The notes beneath the pieces were generated by a model. It worked only from the letters and a program-made list of their open reading frames with translations, did no database searches and was not told where the DNA came from. 64,000 nucleotides of DNA from Pristiophorus japonicus (Eukaryota): assembly GCF_044704955.1 (NCBI RefSeq), contig NW_027251843.1, forward strand, positions 868,001 through 932,000. The letters run 5' to 3'. This document shows, one piece after another, positions 1 to 13,589 of this stretch (the stretch's first letter is position 1; each line of letters begins with the position of its first letter). Position numbers and translations under genes: made by a program.

Positions 1-451
1 CTGTGCTCGCTGACCTACATTGGCTCCCGGTTAAGCAACGCCTTTGATTTCAAAATTCTCATCCTTATTTTCAAATCCCTCCATGGCCTCACCCCTCCCT
101 ATCTCTGTAATCTCCTCCAGCCCCACAACCAACCAAGATGTCTGCCTCCTCTAATTCTGCCCTCCTGAGCATCCCTGATTATAATCGCTCAACCATTGGT
201 GGCCGTGCCTTCTGTTGCTTGAGCCCCAAGCTCTGGAACTCCCTCCCTAAACCTCTCTGCCTCTCTACCTCTCTTTCCTCCTTCAAGACGCCCCTTACAA
301 CCGACCTGTTTGACCAGCACTAATTTCTACTTATGCGGCTAGGTGTCAAATTTGTATCCCATAGTACTCCTGTGAAGCACCTTGGGATGTTTCACTCCAT
401 TAAAGGCGCTATATAAATACAAGTTGTTGTTGTTGTTTTTGTTGTTGTTGT
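1..451 (+). mobile_element. L2-like LINE 3' end
   Basis: LADLHWLPV...FKIL...GGRAF...PKLWNSLP C-terminal motifs and an AAAGGCGCTATATAAAT-(GTT)n tail. Similar copies lie at ~15100-15512 in each repeat unit. Confidence 0.75.
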
Positions 452-845
452 GGGGGAACAAGGAGAACCAGAAGGAGGCGCTGTCGAGCCTCTGTAAGAA
501 CATAATCCAGTTGAGAGCAGACACCATCCAACTGTTTGCAGACAAATCCCATGCAACGATTCAACCGCTCTGAGATGCCGTGAGATAAAGTGAGGACTGA
601 AGCGCTCAGTGTGCTGGGAAACTTGGCCAAGGGGGGAATCGGAGGGTCCAGGTGTTGCTGCAGGTCACCAGGTCCAGTCGGTCAACACTGCGATCGGTAT
701 TCCCATATATTGGATCTGCCGAGACTTCCTCAGTAACTGAGAATAATCCAGGGGAACCCAACAGGGGCTACATGGACTTCATCAGAGACCGTTGCCAACA
801 ATTGCTGTGTTACTAGGACTGAAATTTCCCAATGCACACACGCAC

Positions 846-978
846 ACCCTCCGACAGTGCGGCACGCCCTCAGTACCACCCCTCCGACAGTGCGGCACTC
901 CCTCAGTACTGCCCCTCTGACAGTGCGGCACTCCCTCAGTACTGCCCCTCTGACAGTGCAGCACTCCCTCAGGACTGC
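846..978. repeat. 33-bp tandem repeat (~4 copies) derived from SINE sequence
   Basis: CCCTCTGACAGTGCGGCACTCCCTCAGTACTGC repeated; the same motif occurs singly in the SINEs at ~3170 and ~28575. Confidence 0.85.
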
Positions 979-2387
979 ACAGTGGTATATGTCTTTATTT
1001 TACGCTCAGGTCCCTGGAGTGGGGCTTGAACCCACGATACAACATTGCATCACTGGATGCCGCACAGTCTGAGCTGTGAGTCATATCCCGACCTCAGTTG
1101 GAACAGCTAACTTAGAACAAACAACAACAGCAATTTTTATACAGCACCTTTAACACAGGAAAACTCCCCGAGCACTTCACAGGAGCGTTATAGAATAAAG
1201 ATTGACAGCGAGCCACGTAAGGAGACATTGAAAATTGCAGCTCAGTCAAATTGTGAGGGAAATTGTCAGTGCTGTCTTCATACCAAAAGGGGGCGATGTT
1301 GATTCTGAAAAGACCAAATTTATGGACAATTTCTGTGTCACTCAATTGATTGGTTTGTAAAACCTGTTTGTACAAAACCTCCAGTCAGGTTTGCAGAATA
1401 ATTTCCAGTTCCCCACGTGTCATTTGATGATGGATTTCAGCGTGTATCTCCTTGTCCGCTCGTGAGGCGGTGTCTCAGACCGATTGGCAGGTCAGTAGCC
1501 ACTCCGCACTGCAGCGAGCATCGGCAGGCCATTCCACTGTGGGAGGCCTCACCGCGGAGCTCGGTGCACGGGGTATATCTACACAGAGACGCTCTGCCAC
1601 CAGGTTCAGCAGCAACAACCTGATTTGCTGTACAACTGGAGCATTAGAACAACATCCCGAGGCAGCTGACAGAGGCGTAATCTGGTCAAAGCGGTGCTGA
1701 GCCAAAGGGGGAGGGGCTGGGAGGGAGAGTCACAGATTGGGTTTGAAGGGAGATCTTAAAAGAGGAGAGGGGTGGAGTGGCAGAGAGGTTTAGGGAGCAG
1801 GGAGTTAGGGCCCAGGCAGCTGAAGGCACGGCCCCCAATGGAGGGGAAGGGAAGGGGGGATGGATAAGAAGCCTGAGCCAGATACAGCGGCCCCTGAACA
1901 CAACAACAACTTGCATTTATATAGCGAGTGTTGTGACAAAGACAGACAGTGAGAATATAACCCTGATAATGTAACACAGTATTTGCAGCACTTGACACTG
2001 TGGGGAAAGCTTGTAATTTTAAATCCATGAGGTGTACATAAGCGAGAGCAGGACCTGTTTGTGGCCGGTGCGGAGATCACCACTTACAGAAGGTAGTTAC
2101 TGCAGGGAATTCAGGGCCACAGTGACCTCCTGGACTAGTTTCCATCGCCTGGTGGCGGGGGCGGGGGTCGGAGAGGAGTTTCCCAGATTTATTTCCCCCA
2201 ATGGGTTTTTTCCCTGGTTTTTCGCCTCTCCCAGGAGATCAGGTAGTTTTGGGTGGGGTGGAGAGTCTATACTGTGATACTCAAGGTATCACAATTGTGT
2301 GGGACGGGCTGGATGGACCACAGGGTCTTTACCTGTCCATCACTGTCCGCGGGTTTGGGTTTCAAAGATGTTGAGCTGAATTGGTAA

Positions 2388-3305
2388 GAAAGACTTGCAT
2401 TTAAATAGCGCCTTTCACCACCTCAGGACGTCCCAAAGCGCTTTACAGCCAATGAAGTATTTTTGAAGTGTAGTCACTGCGGTAATGGAGGAGACACGAC
2501 AGACAGTTTGTGCATAGCAAGCTCCCACATGTGACTATGACCAGATAATGGGCCCAAATTGCATATTGCCCCGGATGGTGCAGTAACTTTTCCCACGCCG
2601 AAGTCCTGCCCCGGAAGCGAAATTGAGGTCACGGCCCCTGACAGGAAGTGGAGCGCAATGTGGTGCACTGCACTTCCCCTGGGAGTGGGCTCGAGGGGGC
2701 GAGTGTTGGGCTGCACCATCGCAGCACCGACCCCGCCACATTGGCACAGAAAGGCCCGACCGGTAATTCGGCAAAATCAAATGGCGACGCGCACATCGCA
2801 GTAAGCTTCACCTCGCCAGCGAAGTGCGGACCGGTTCGTGACCCTCAGGACTGGCACAGACACGGCTCATGGGACGTTCTCCGTTGCGTGTTTCTGCAAA
2901 ATCCCACGGGAGCTGGTAGCTGTCCCCACCTCCCCGGGGAAAACACTGTCACATCTCCTTAGTGGCCCCTGGAGGCACTAATGGTAGGTGCACAGCGGGG
3001 CAATTTCATCCCCAGTCTGATTTTGTGATGTTGATTGAGGGATAAATATTGGCCAGGACACCAGGCAGAACTCCCCGACTCTTCTTCAAAGTAGTGGCAT
3101 GGGATCATTAACACCCACCTGAGAGGACAGGCGAGGCCTCGGTTTAATCTCTCACCTGAAAGACAGCTCCTCCAACAGTGCGTCACTACCTCAGTACTGC
3201 ACTGGGACTGTCAGTCTAGATTTCTGAGCTTAGTCTCTGGAGTGGGACTTGAACCTACAACTTTTGGACTCAGAGGTGAGTGTGCTGCCCATTGAGCCAC
3301 AGCTG
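2388..3305 (-). mobile_element. tRNA-derived Deu-domain SINE (SacSINE1-like), interrupted by an insertion
   Basis: tRNA-like head (TGGCTCAATGG...GTTCAAGTCC), central body and L2-type tail. Other copies at 8660-8960, 13738-14025, 28250-28710, 34395-34680, 36000-36140 and 63070-63265. Confidence 0.75.
2550..3013. mobile_element. Candidate non-autonomous DNA transposon (MITE) inside the SINE
   Basis: CpG-rich insert with imperfect TIRs GGGCCCAAATTGC / GCAATTTCATCCC. SINE sequence resumes on both sides (AAT/AGT flanks). Confidence 0.5.
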
Positions 3306-3469
3306 ACTGAGCTGAAAACTTAAGACCATTAATGGCCCATCGATGATGTTCGCCCTCAGTGGGGTGAACGAATCCACAAATTATGGCCTAACTGATGTAG
3401 GACAGGCTATTATTTGTTTTTTTAATAGTTTTAAGTTTATTTCTGCTCAGTCATTTCTCAGTCTATTAA

Positions 3470-6400
3470 ATAGAGGCATGGCAGGGCAGTTCTGTCCCGT
3501 GGAGAGCACATCCTGTGCCATGTGGGAAGTCCTGGATGCTTCTCGTGGCCTGGACGACCACATGTGCAGGAAGTGTCACCAGTTACAGCAACTCGAGGTC
3601 CGCGTGTTGGAGATTGAGTGGTGGCTGGATTCACTGCGGTGCATCCGCGAGGCTGAGAACTTTATGTATAGCACGTTTCTAGAGATGGCCACCACGCAGC
3701 TTAAGAGTGTGCAGGCAGAGAGGGAATGGGTGACCACCAGACAGAAGAGGAGGTCCAGGCAGGTAGTGCAGGAGTCCCCCGAGTCCATCTCGCTCTCCAA
3801 CCAATATTGTGTTCTGAGTACTGATGGGGGCGATGGTTCCTCTAGGAAGTGCAGCCAGAGCCAAGTCCACGGCACCACGGGTGGCTCAGCTGCACAGGGG
3901 GGAGGAAGAAGAGTGGAAGAGCAATAGTGGTAGGGGATTCGATAGTTAGGGGAACAGACAGGCATTTCTGCGGCCGCAGACGTGACTCCAGGATGGTATG
4001 TTGCCTGCCTGGTGCCAGGGTCAAGGATGTCACTGAGTGGCTGCAGTACATTCTGAGGGGGGAGGGTGAACAGCCAGAGGTTGTGGTCCACATCTGTACC
4101 AACGACACAGGTAGAAAGAGGGATGAGATCCTACAGGGGGAGAGTGGGGAGCAAGGAGAGAGATAAAAAAGCAAGACATCAAAAGGTAGGAATCTCCGTA
4201 TTACTGCCAGTGCCACGTGCTAGTTGTTATATATGTGGACTTGTATTTACTATGGACAGCCACCAAAGGGCTCATCCCCTGGAGTCCCAAGGAATCCCAT
4301 AATCCCTTGGGAGTACAGGTATTTAAGGAGGCTTCACAGGATGCGGGGGCACTCTGCAGGCCTGCAAAAAAGACTAACGTCACACTTTATTTTGAGTTCA
4401 CAATTGTGACTACAGAAATAGGAGGGTAGAGCAGATGACTACATGGCTAGAGAGATGTTGCAGGAGGGAGGGCTTTAGTTTCCTGAGGCATTGGGACCAT
4501 TTCTGGGGCAGGTGGGACCTGTACAAGCCGGATGGGTTGCACCTCAACAGAGCCGGGACGAATATCGTTGTGGGGGGATTTGCTATTGCCTTTGGGGAGG
4601 GTTTAAACTTGCTTGCCAGGGGATGGGAACCTGAGAATGGATTCAGTGGGAAGAGAAGCAAAGCTGGAATTGGAAAGCAGAAAAATAGAAAGTGATTTTG
4701 GAAGACAGAGGAAACAAAGCCTAGAAAATAGACAACAAGGCAGTTTGGCAGTGCTAAATGGTATATACTTCAATGCATGGAGTATAGGGAATAAGGCAGA
4801 TGAGCTGAGAGCACAGATAGACACTTGGGGGTACGATATTATAGCTATTACTGAGACATGGCTGAAAGAAGGGCAGGTATGGCAGCTCAACATTCCTGGT
4901 TACAGGATTTCAGACGGGATAGAGAGGGGGATAAAAAAGGAGGGGGTCGCAGTTGTGAAACAATTGAAAGAAACAATTACAGCTGTGAGGAGGGATGATA
5001 TGTCGGAAGGATCATCAAATGAGGCCATATAGGTCGAATTGAAGAACGAAAAAGGGGTAATCACACTGCTGGGAGTGTACTATAGACCCCCAAACAGTCA
5101 GAGGGAGAGAGAAGAGCAAATATGTGGGCCCATTTCTGACAAGTGCAAAAACTATAGGGCAGTTATAGCAGGGGATTTCAACTACCCTAATGTTAACTGG
5201 GATAAAATTAGTGTGAAAGGTATACAGGGTGCGGAATTCCTAAAATGCCTTCAGGAGAACTTTTTTAGCCAGTTTGTAACAAGCCCAACAAGGGAGGGGA
5301 TGGTTCTGGACTTGGTTTGGGGGGATGAAGAGGGGCAGATGGAAGGGGTATCAGTGGGAGAGCATTTTGGTGCCAGTGATCATAATTCAGTTAGATTGAG
5401 GGTAGTTATGGAAAAGGACAAAGATAGAGACCAGGAATAAAAGTTCTCAGTTGGGGAAAAGCCAATTTTGCTGAGCTGAGATGAGATTTGGCCAAAGTGG
5501 ACTGGAAACGGCTACTTGAAGGTAAATCAGTGTCAGAGCAGTGGGAGGCATTCAAGGAGGAAATCCTGTGGTTTCAGAGTAAGTCTGTTCCCTTAAAGAA
5601 AAAGGGTGGGGCTAACAAATCTAGAGGCCTCTGGATGTCAAGGGAAATACAGTGTAGGATAAAGTAAAAAAGGGAGGCTTATGACAGATATCGAGGGCTC
5701 AATACTGCAGGAACTTTAGAGGAGTATAGAAAGTGCAGGGGTGCAATTAAAAAGGAAATTAGGAAAGCAAAGAGAGAGCATGAAAACATTTTGGCAAGTA
5801 AAATCAAGGAAAACCCAAAGATGTTTTATAAATACATTACGAGCAGGAGGATAATTAAAGAAAGAGTTGGGCCTATTAGAGACCATAAAGATAATCTGTG
5901 TGTGGAGGCGTAAAACGTGGGTCTGGTTCTTAATGAACACTTTGCGTCTGTTTTCACAAAAGAGAGGGGCGATGCAGACATTGCAATCAGGGAGGAGGAG
6001 TGGGAAATATGAGATGAAAGAAACATAGTGAGAGAGGAATATTAAGGAGCTTAGCAGCTTTGAGAGTGGATAAATCCCCTGGCCCGGATGAAATGTATCC
6101 CAGGCTATTAAGAGAATCAAAAGAGGAAATAGCAGAGGCTTTGACCATCATTTTCCAATCCTCTCTGGCTACAGGTGTGGTGCAGGAGGACTGGAGGACT
6201 GCTAACATTGTATCTTTGTTTAAAAAGGGAGAAAGGGATAGACCGAGTAATTACAGGCCAGTCAGCCTAACCTCAGTGGTGGGAAAATTATTGGAAAAAA
6301 CTCCTGAGAGACAGGTTAAATCTTCATTAAGATAGAGGGATTAATCAAGGACAGTCAGGATGGATTTGTTCAGGGAAGATCGTGTCTGACGAACTTAATT

Positions 6401-6975
6401 GAATTCACCGAAGAAGTAATAAGGAGGGTCGATGAGGGCAGTGCATTTGATGTAGTGTATATGGATTTTAGCAAGACTTTTGATAAGGTGCCACATTGCA
6501 GACTGGTCACGAAGGTAAAAGCCCATGAGATCCAGGGCAAAGTTGCAAGTGGGATCCAAAATTGGCTCAGAGGCAGGAAGCAAAGGGTAATGGTTGATGG
6601 GTGTTTTTGTGACTGGAAGGCTGTTTCCAGTGGGGTTCTGCAGAGGTCAGTACTAGGTCCCTAACTTTTTGTGGTATATATCAATGATTTGGACTTGAAT
6701 GTAGGATTCAGAAGTTTGAAGATGACACTAAAATCGGTCGTGTGGTTGATAATGAAGAAAAGAGCTGCAGATTGCAGAAAGATATCAATGAAATGGTTAG
6801 GTGGGCAGAACAGTGGCAAATGGAATTTAATCCGGAGAAGTGTGAGGTCATGCATTTGGGGAGGTCTATCAAGGCAAGGGAATATACATTAAATGGTAGG
6901 ACACTGAAAGGTGTAGAGGAACAAAGGGACCTTGGTTTGCATGTCCACAGATCCCTGAAGGTAGCAGGCCAGGTA
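3470..6975 (+). mobile_element. Degenerate CR1 LINE with ORF1 (Zn finger plus SGNH esterase) and ORF2 (APE plus RT)
   Basis: GDSIVRG, CCLPGARVKDV, TND and DGLHLN in ORF1. ITETWL, GVYYRPP, GDFN, SDH, NYRPVSLTS and DFSKTFDKV in ORF2. Multiple stops and frameshifts. Confidence 0.92.
4224..4403 (+). mobile_element. LTR-like fragment inserted in CR1 ORF1
   Basis: Begins TGTT and shares CATCCCCTG.AGTCCCAAGG.ATCCC...ATCCCTTGGGAG plus a TATA-like box with 44304-44500. Confidence 0.55.
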
Positions 6976-7280
6976 GGTGGGTTTTTGCGACAATCCGGCA
7001 GTTTCATGGTCACCATTACTGACACTCGCTTTTTATTCCAAATCAACTGAATTTAAATTCCCCAGCTGCCGTGCTGGGATTTGAACTCGTGTCTCTGGAT
7101 CATTAGTCCAGGCCATAGTAGTCCACAGCTCTTTCAAAGAGCCAGCACAGGTTTGATGGGCCGAATGGCCTCCCTCTGTGCTGTGAGATGCTGTGATAAA
7201 GGAGCGGGGCTCCAGCAAGCGGAGGCAATGTGGGTTCAAGGGTTGAAAGCAGGGGTTTGGGTGGAGCACAGATAGATGTA

Positions 7281-7294
7281 CCACAAGGGGGCGC
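7281..7294 (+). promoter_or_regulatory. Candidate CTCF site
   Basis: CCACAAGGGGGCGC, one mismatch from the CCACCAGGGGGCGC core, in a short non-TE island. Confidence 0.45.
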
Positions 7295-7404
7295 TGCAGC
7301 ATCAATTGATCCAATTATTGGCAGTGGGGAAACCGGGAACGGAAATAGTTTCAATAAAATGTATGCTGCGTCTTTTAAAGTGGTCAACACCACCAGCACG
7401 ATCA

Positions 7405-8178
7405 TAGAATCACAGAAAATTACAGGACGGAAGGAGGCCATTTCGGCCCATCATGTCCGCGCCGGTCAACAAAGAGCTACCCAGCCTAATCCCACTTTCC
7501 AGCTCTGGGTCCGAAGCCCTGTGGGTTACGGCACTTTAAGTGCACATCCAAGTACTTTTTAAATGTGGTGAGAGTTTTTGCCTCTACCACCCTTTCAGGC
7601 AGTGAGTTCCAGACCCCCACCACCCTCTGGGTGAAGAATTGTTTCCTCATCTCCCCTCTAAACCTTCCACCAATTACTTTAAATCTATGCCCCCTGGTTG
7701 TTGACCCCTCTGCTAAGGGAAATGGGTCCATTCTATCCACTCTATCTAGGCCCCTCATCATTTTACACACCTCAATAAGGTCTCCCCTCAGCCTCCTCTG
7801 TTCCAAAGAAAACACCCCCAGCAGATCCAATCTTTCCCCAGAGCTAAAATTCTCCAGTTCTGGCAACATCCTCGTGAATCTCCTCTGTAATCACATCTTT
7901 CCTGTAATGTGGTGACCAGGACTGCACGCAGTACTCTAGCTGTGGCCTAACTAGTGTTTTATACAGTTCAAGCATAACCTCCCTGCTCTTGTATTCAATG
8001 CCTCAGCTAATAAAGGCAAGTATTCCGTATGCCTTTTTAACCATCTTATCGACCTGGCCTGCTACCTTCAGGGATCTGTGGACATGCACTCCAAGGTCCC
8101 TCCGTTCCTCCACCCCTGTCAGTACCATCCCATTTATTGTGTATTCCCTTGCCTTGTTGCCCCGCCCCAAATGCATTC
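7405..8178 (-). mobile_element. CR1 3' fragment
   Basis: RRLRGDLIEV, FFTQRVV..WNSLP, RDLGVHV. Confidence 0.88.
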
Positions 8179-8659
8179 GAACAAGGCTGCAGTTAGAGCA
8201 GCCTTTCCATCCTCTGACAGCGCTCACTGAGTCTGACTCATGGCATCGATCAGCTGGACATTGATCTTGAAACACCAGCACCCTGGTGAGGGAATCAAGG
8301 CTCTGATGCGACTGATAAAAGTCAAGATGAGGTTGCGGAGAGGTACACAGCTGCTGCTGGACACAATGAACAGGAGGAGGCCATTCAGCCCCTTGAGCCT
8401 GTTCCCCCATTCAATCAGATCATTGCTCATCTGTATCTGAACTCCATCTACCCGCCTGGTTCCGCAAGTTCCAAGGCCTATACTCTCTAGAGTTTCGAAG
8501 AATGAGAAGGGATCCCATTGAAACATATACAATTCTGACAGGGCTTTACAGGGAGGATGTTTCGTCTGGCTAGGGAGTCTAGAACCAGGGGTCACAGTCT
8601 CCAAATAAGAGGTCAGCCATTTAGAACTGAGATGAGGATAAACATCTTCACTCAGAGGG

Positions 8660-9750
8660 TGGTGATAATGTGTTCTTCTGTCATGTTGCTTGACGGATAA
8701 ATATTGACCAGGACACCAGGGGGAACTCCCCTGCTCTTCTTCGAAATCGTGCGCTGGGATCTTTTACATTCACCTGAGAGGGCAGACTGGGCCTCGGTTT
8801 AACGTCTCATCCAAAAGACGGCCCCTCCAACAGTGCAGCTCTCCCTCAGCACTGCACTGCAGTGTCAGCCTAGATTTTTGTGCTCAAGTCCCTGGAGTGG
8901 GACTTGAACCCACAACCTTCTGACTCAGAGGCGAGAGTGCAACACACTGAGCCACGGCTGATACTCAAAATCATATTGTATAAACATCTGCAGTGCATGG
9001 TTGGCACACATTCAGCACTGAAATGGTTAACAGTAAGAGTCGGTAAAGACTGAGTGTCCCGTTAAGACGCTGTTCACTGGCAGGAAGCTCGAACTGTTGA
9101 TGGGTGGATACAGGGGAAACAGGCTCAGCAGTGAGAAAGCTCAGATCACACACAGATCGGGAGAACTTTATCCGGGAACATTGCGACACACTTGTATAAA
9201 CACACTTCAGCAAGGCTTCATGTTGGGTGACGGTGTAGAAGCTTCTAGATTGTATTTAAAAGCTTGCTGCCCAGCACCGGGGTGAGGTCAAGGGTGAGGC
9301 AACAATTAGCCTCAAAATACCGAGGTCAGACAGGGTCACTGCTCCCAATGATCCCGTGACCTCCTGGAAGGTCAGAGTGCGCGGACAATGGGTGAGGGTC
9401 AGGATCAGGGCCCTCCCACTTCAATGAAAGAAAGCCTTGAATTTGTATAGCGCCTTTCACCACCTCAGGACATCCCAAGGTGCTTTACAACCAATTGCAC
9501 ATCGGCAGATTTACGAGGATGTTGCCTGGACTGGAAAATTTTAGCCATGAGGAAAGATTGGATAGGCTGGGGGTGTTTTCCGTGGAACAGAGGAGGCTGA
9601 GGGGAGACCTTATTGAGGTGTATAAACTTATGAGGGGCTGAAATAGAGTGGATAGGAAGTATCTATTTCCCTTAGCAGAGGGGTCAACAACCAGGGGGCA
9701 TAGATTTAAAGTAATTGGTCGGAGGTTTCGAGGGTGTGTGAGGGGAAGGG
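8660..9750 (+). repeat. Segmental copy of the C-proximal J-C intron (paralog of ~28410-29500), same orientation, no exon
   Basis: Same order of SINE, unique ~450-bp segment, SINE tail and CR1 fragment. ORFs 8971-9213 and 9097-9285 are nearly identical to 28785-29012 and 28857-29042. Confidence 0.9.
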
Positions 9751-12700
9751 AGCAGGGAGCAAGCTATCTTAGATCTGGTCCTGTGTAATGAGACAGGAAT
9801 AATAAACGATCTCCAAGTAAAAGATCCTCTCGAAATGAGTGATCATAGTATGGTTGATTTTGTAATACAGATTGAGGGTGAGGAAGTAGTGTCTCAAACG
9901 AGCGTACTATGCTTCAACAAAGGGGACTACAGTGGGATGAGGGCAGAGTTGGCTAAAGTAGACTGGAAATACAGACTAAACGGTGGCACAATTGAGGAAC
10001 AGTGGAGGACTGGACGGAGCTCTTTCATAGTGCTCAACAAAAATATATTCCAGTGAAAAGAAGGGCGGGAAGAGAAGGGATAACCAGCCGTGGATAACCA
10101 AGGAATAAAGGAGAGTATCAAATTAAAAACCAATGGGTATAAGATGGCCAAGGTTAGTGGGAAACTAGAAGATTGGGAACATTTTAAACGACAGCAAAGA
10201 ATGACTAAGAAAGCAATAAAGAAAGGAAAGATAGATTACGAAAGTAAACGTGCGCAAAACATAAAAACAGATAGTAAAAAATTTTACCGATATATAAAAC
10301 GAAAAGGAGTGACTAAAGTAAATGTTGGTCCCTTAGAAGATGAGAAGGGGGATTTAATAATGGGAAATGTGGAAATGGCTGAGACCTTAAACAATTATTT
10401 TGCTTCGGTCTTCACAGTGGAAGACACAAAAACCATGCCAAAATTTGCTGGTCATGGGAATGTGGGAACGGAGGACCTTGAGACAATCACTATCACTAGA
10501 GGGGTAGTGCTAGACAGGCTAATGGGACTCAAGGTAGACAAGTCCCCTGGTCCTGATGAAATGCATCCCAGGGTATTAAAAGAGATGCGGAAGTTATAGC
10601 AGATGCATTCGTTATACTCTACCAAAATTCTCTGGACTCTGGGGAGGTACCAGCGGATTGGAAAGCAGCTAATGTGACGCCTCTGTTTTAAAAAGGGGGC
10701 AGACAAAATGCAGGTAACTATAGGCCGGTTAGTTTAACATCTGTAGTGGGAAAATGCTTGAAGCTATCATTAAGGAAGAAATAGCGGGTCATCTACATAG
10801 GAATAGTGCAATCAAGCAGACGCAACATGGATTCATGAAGGGGAAATCATGTTTAACTAATTTACTGGAATTCTTTGAGGATATAACGAGCATGGTGGAT
10901 AGAGGTGTACCGATGGATGTGGTGTATTTAGATTTCCAAAAGGCATTCAATAAGGTGCCACACAAAAGGTTACTGCAGAAGATAAAGGTACGCGGGGTCA
11001 GAGGAAATGTATTAGCATGAATAGAGAATTGGCTGGCTAACAGAAAGCAGAGATTCGGGATAAATGGATTCTTTTTGGGTTGGAATCAGTGGTTAGTGGT
11101 GTGCCACAGGGATCGGTGCTGGGACCACAACTGTTTACAATGTACATAGATGACCTGGAAGAGGGGACAGAGTGTAACGTAACAAAATTTGCAGATGACA
11201 CAAAGATTAGTGGGAAAGCGGGTTGTGTAGAGGACACAGAGAGGCTGCAAAGAGATTTAGATAGATTAAGCGAATGGGCTAAGGTTTGGCAGATGGAATA
11301 CAATGTCAGAAAATATGATGTCATCACCTTGGAAAAAAAAAACACTAAAAGGAAATATTATTTGAATGGGGAGAAATTACAACATGCTGCGGTGCAGAGG
11401 GACCTGGGGGTCCTTGTACATGAATCCCAAAAAGTTAGTTTGCAGGTGCAGCAGGTAATCAGGAAGGCGAATGGAATGTTGGCCTTCATTGCGAGAGGGA
11501 TGGAGTACAAAAGCAGGGAGGTCCTGCTGCAAATGTACAGGGTATTGGTGAGGCCGCATCTGGAGTACTGCGTGCAGTTTTGGTCACCTTATTTAAGGAA
11601 GTATAGAAACATAGAAACATAGAAAATAGGTGCAGGAGCAGGCCATTCAGCCCTTCTAGCCTGCACCGCCATTCAATGAGTTCATGGCTGAACATGAAAC
11701 TTCAGTACCCCCTTCCTGTTTTCTCGCCATAACCCTTGATCCCCCGAGTAGTAAGGACTTGATCTAACTCCCTTTTGAATATATTTAATGAATTGGCCTC
11801 AACTACTTTCTGTGGTAGAGAATTCCACAGGTTCACCACTCTCTAGGTGAAAAAGTTTCTCCTCATCTTGGTCCTAAATGGCTTACCCCTTATCCTCAGA
11901 CTGTGACCCCTGGTTCTGGACTTCCCCAACATTGGGAACATTCTTCCTGCATCTAACCTGTCTAAACCCGTCAGAATTTTAAACGTTTCCATGAGGTCCC
12001 CTCTCATTCTTCTGAACTCCAGTGAATACAAGCCCAGTTGATCTAGTCTTTCTTGATAGGTCAGTCCCACCATCCCAGGAATCAGTCTGGTGAATCTTCG
12101 CTGCACTCCCTCAATAGCAAGAATGTCCTTCCTCAAGTTAGGAGACCGAAACTGTACACAATACTCCAGGTGTGGCCTCACCAAGGCCCTGTACAACTGT
12201 AGCAACACCTCCCTGCCCCTGTACTCAAATCCCCTCGCTATGAAGGCCAACATGCCATTTGCTTTCTGAACCGCCTGCTGTACCTACATGCCAACCTTCA
12301 ATGACTGATGTACCATGACACCCAGGTCTCGTTGCACCTTCCCTTTTCCTAATATGTCACCGTTCAGATAATAGTCTGTCTCTCTGTTTTTACCACCAAA
12401 GTGGATAACCTCACATTTATCCACATTATACTTCATCTGCCATGCATTTGCCCACTCACCTAACCTATCCAAGTCACTCCGCAGCCTAATAGCATCCTCC
12501 TCGCAGCTCACACTGCCACCCAACTTAGTGTCATCCGCAAATTTGGAGATACTGCATTTAATCCCCTCGTCTAAATCATTAATGTACAATGTAAACAGCT
12601 GGGGCCCCAGCACAGAACCTTGCGGCACCCCACTAGTCACTGCCTGCCATTCTGAAAAGTACCTGTTTACTCCTACTCTTTGCTTCCTGTCTGACAACCA

Positions 12701-13572
12701 GTTCTCAATCCACGTCAGCACACTACGCCCAATCCCATGTGCTTTAACTTTGCACATTAATCTCTTGTGTGGGACCTTGTCGAAAGCCTTCTGAAAGTCC
12801 AAATATACCACATCAACTGGTTCTCCTTTGTCCACTTTACTGGAAACATCCTCAAAAAATTCCAGAAGATTTGTCAAGCATGATTACCCTTTCACAAATC
12901 CATGCTGACTTGGACCTATCATGTCACCATTTTCCAAATGCGCTGCTATGACATCCTTAATAATTGATTCCATCATTTTACCCACGACTGAGGTCAGGCT
13001 GACCGGTCTATAATTCCCTGTTTTCTCTCTCCCTCCTTTTTTAAAAAGTATATACTAGCTTTGGAGGGGGTACAGAGACGATTCACTCAGCTGATTCCAG
13101 AGATGAGGGGGTTACCTTATGATGATAGACTGAGTAGACTGGGTCTTTACTCGTTGGAGTTCAGAAGGATGAGGGGTGATATTGTAGAAACATTTAAAAT
13201 AATGAAAGGGATAGACAAGATAGAGGCAGAGAGGTTGTTTCCACTGGTCGGGGAGACGAGAACTAGGGGGCACAGCCTCAAAATATGGGGGAGCCAATTT
13301 AAAACCAAGTTGAGAAGGAATTTCTTCTCCCAGAGGGTTGTGAATCTGTGGAATTCTCTGCCCAAGGAAACAGTTGAGGCGAGCTCATTGAATGTATTCA
13401 AATCACAGATAGATAGATTTTTAACCAATAAGGCAATTAAGGGTTCTGGGAAGCGGACGGGTAAGTGGAGCTGAGTCTACGGCCAGATCAGCCATGATCT
13501 TGTTGAATGGTGGAGCAGGCTCGAGGGGCTAGATGGCCTACTCCTGTTCCTAATTCTTATGTTGTTATGTTC
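9750..13572 (+). mobile_element. CR1 ORF2 fragment hosting a nested antisense CR1
   Basis: SDH, KSPGPD, QHGF, GVPQGSVLGP and KFADD from 9750-11600. The host resumes at ~13048; AAGTATA at 11599 and 13046 may be the target-site duplication. Confidence 0.88.
11606..13045 (-). mobile_element. Young 5'-truncated CR1 (RT plus 3' tail), copy 1 with a premature stop
   Basis: (TTCTATGT)n tail; RT motifs DFQKAFD, GVPQGSVLGP and KFADD; CAG>TAG at 12286. Confidence 0.92.
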
Positions 13573-13589
13573 CAATGAAATGCCTTGAC

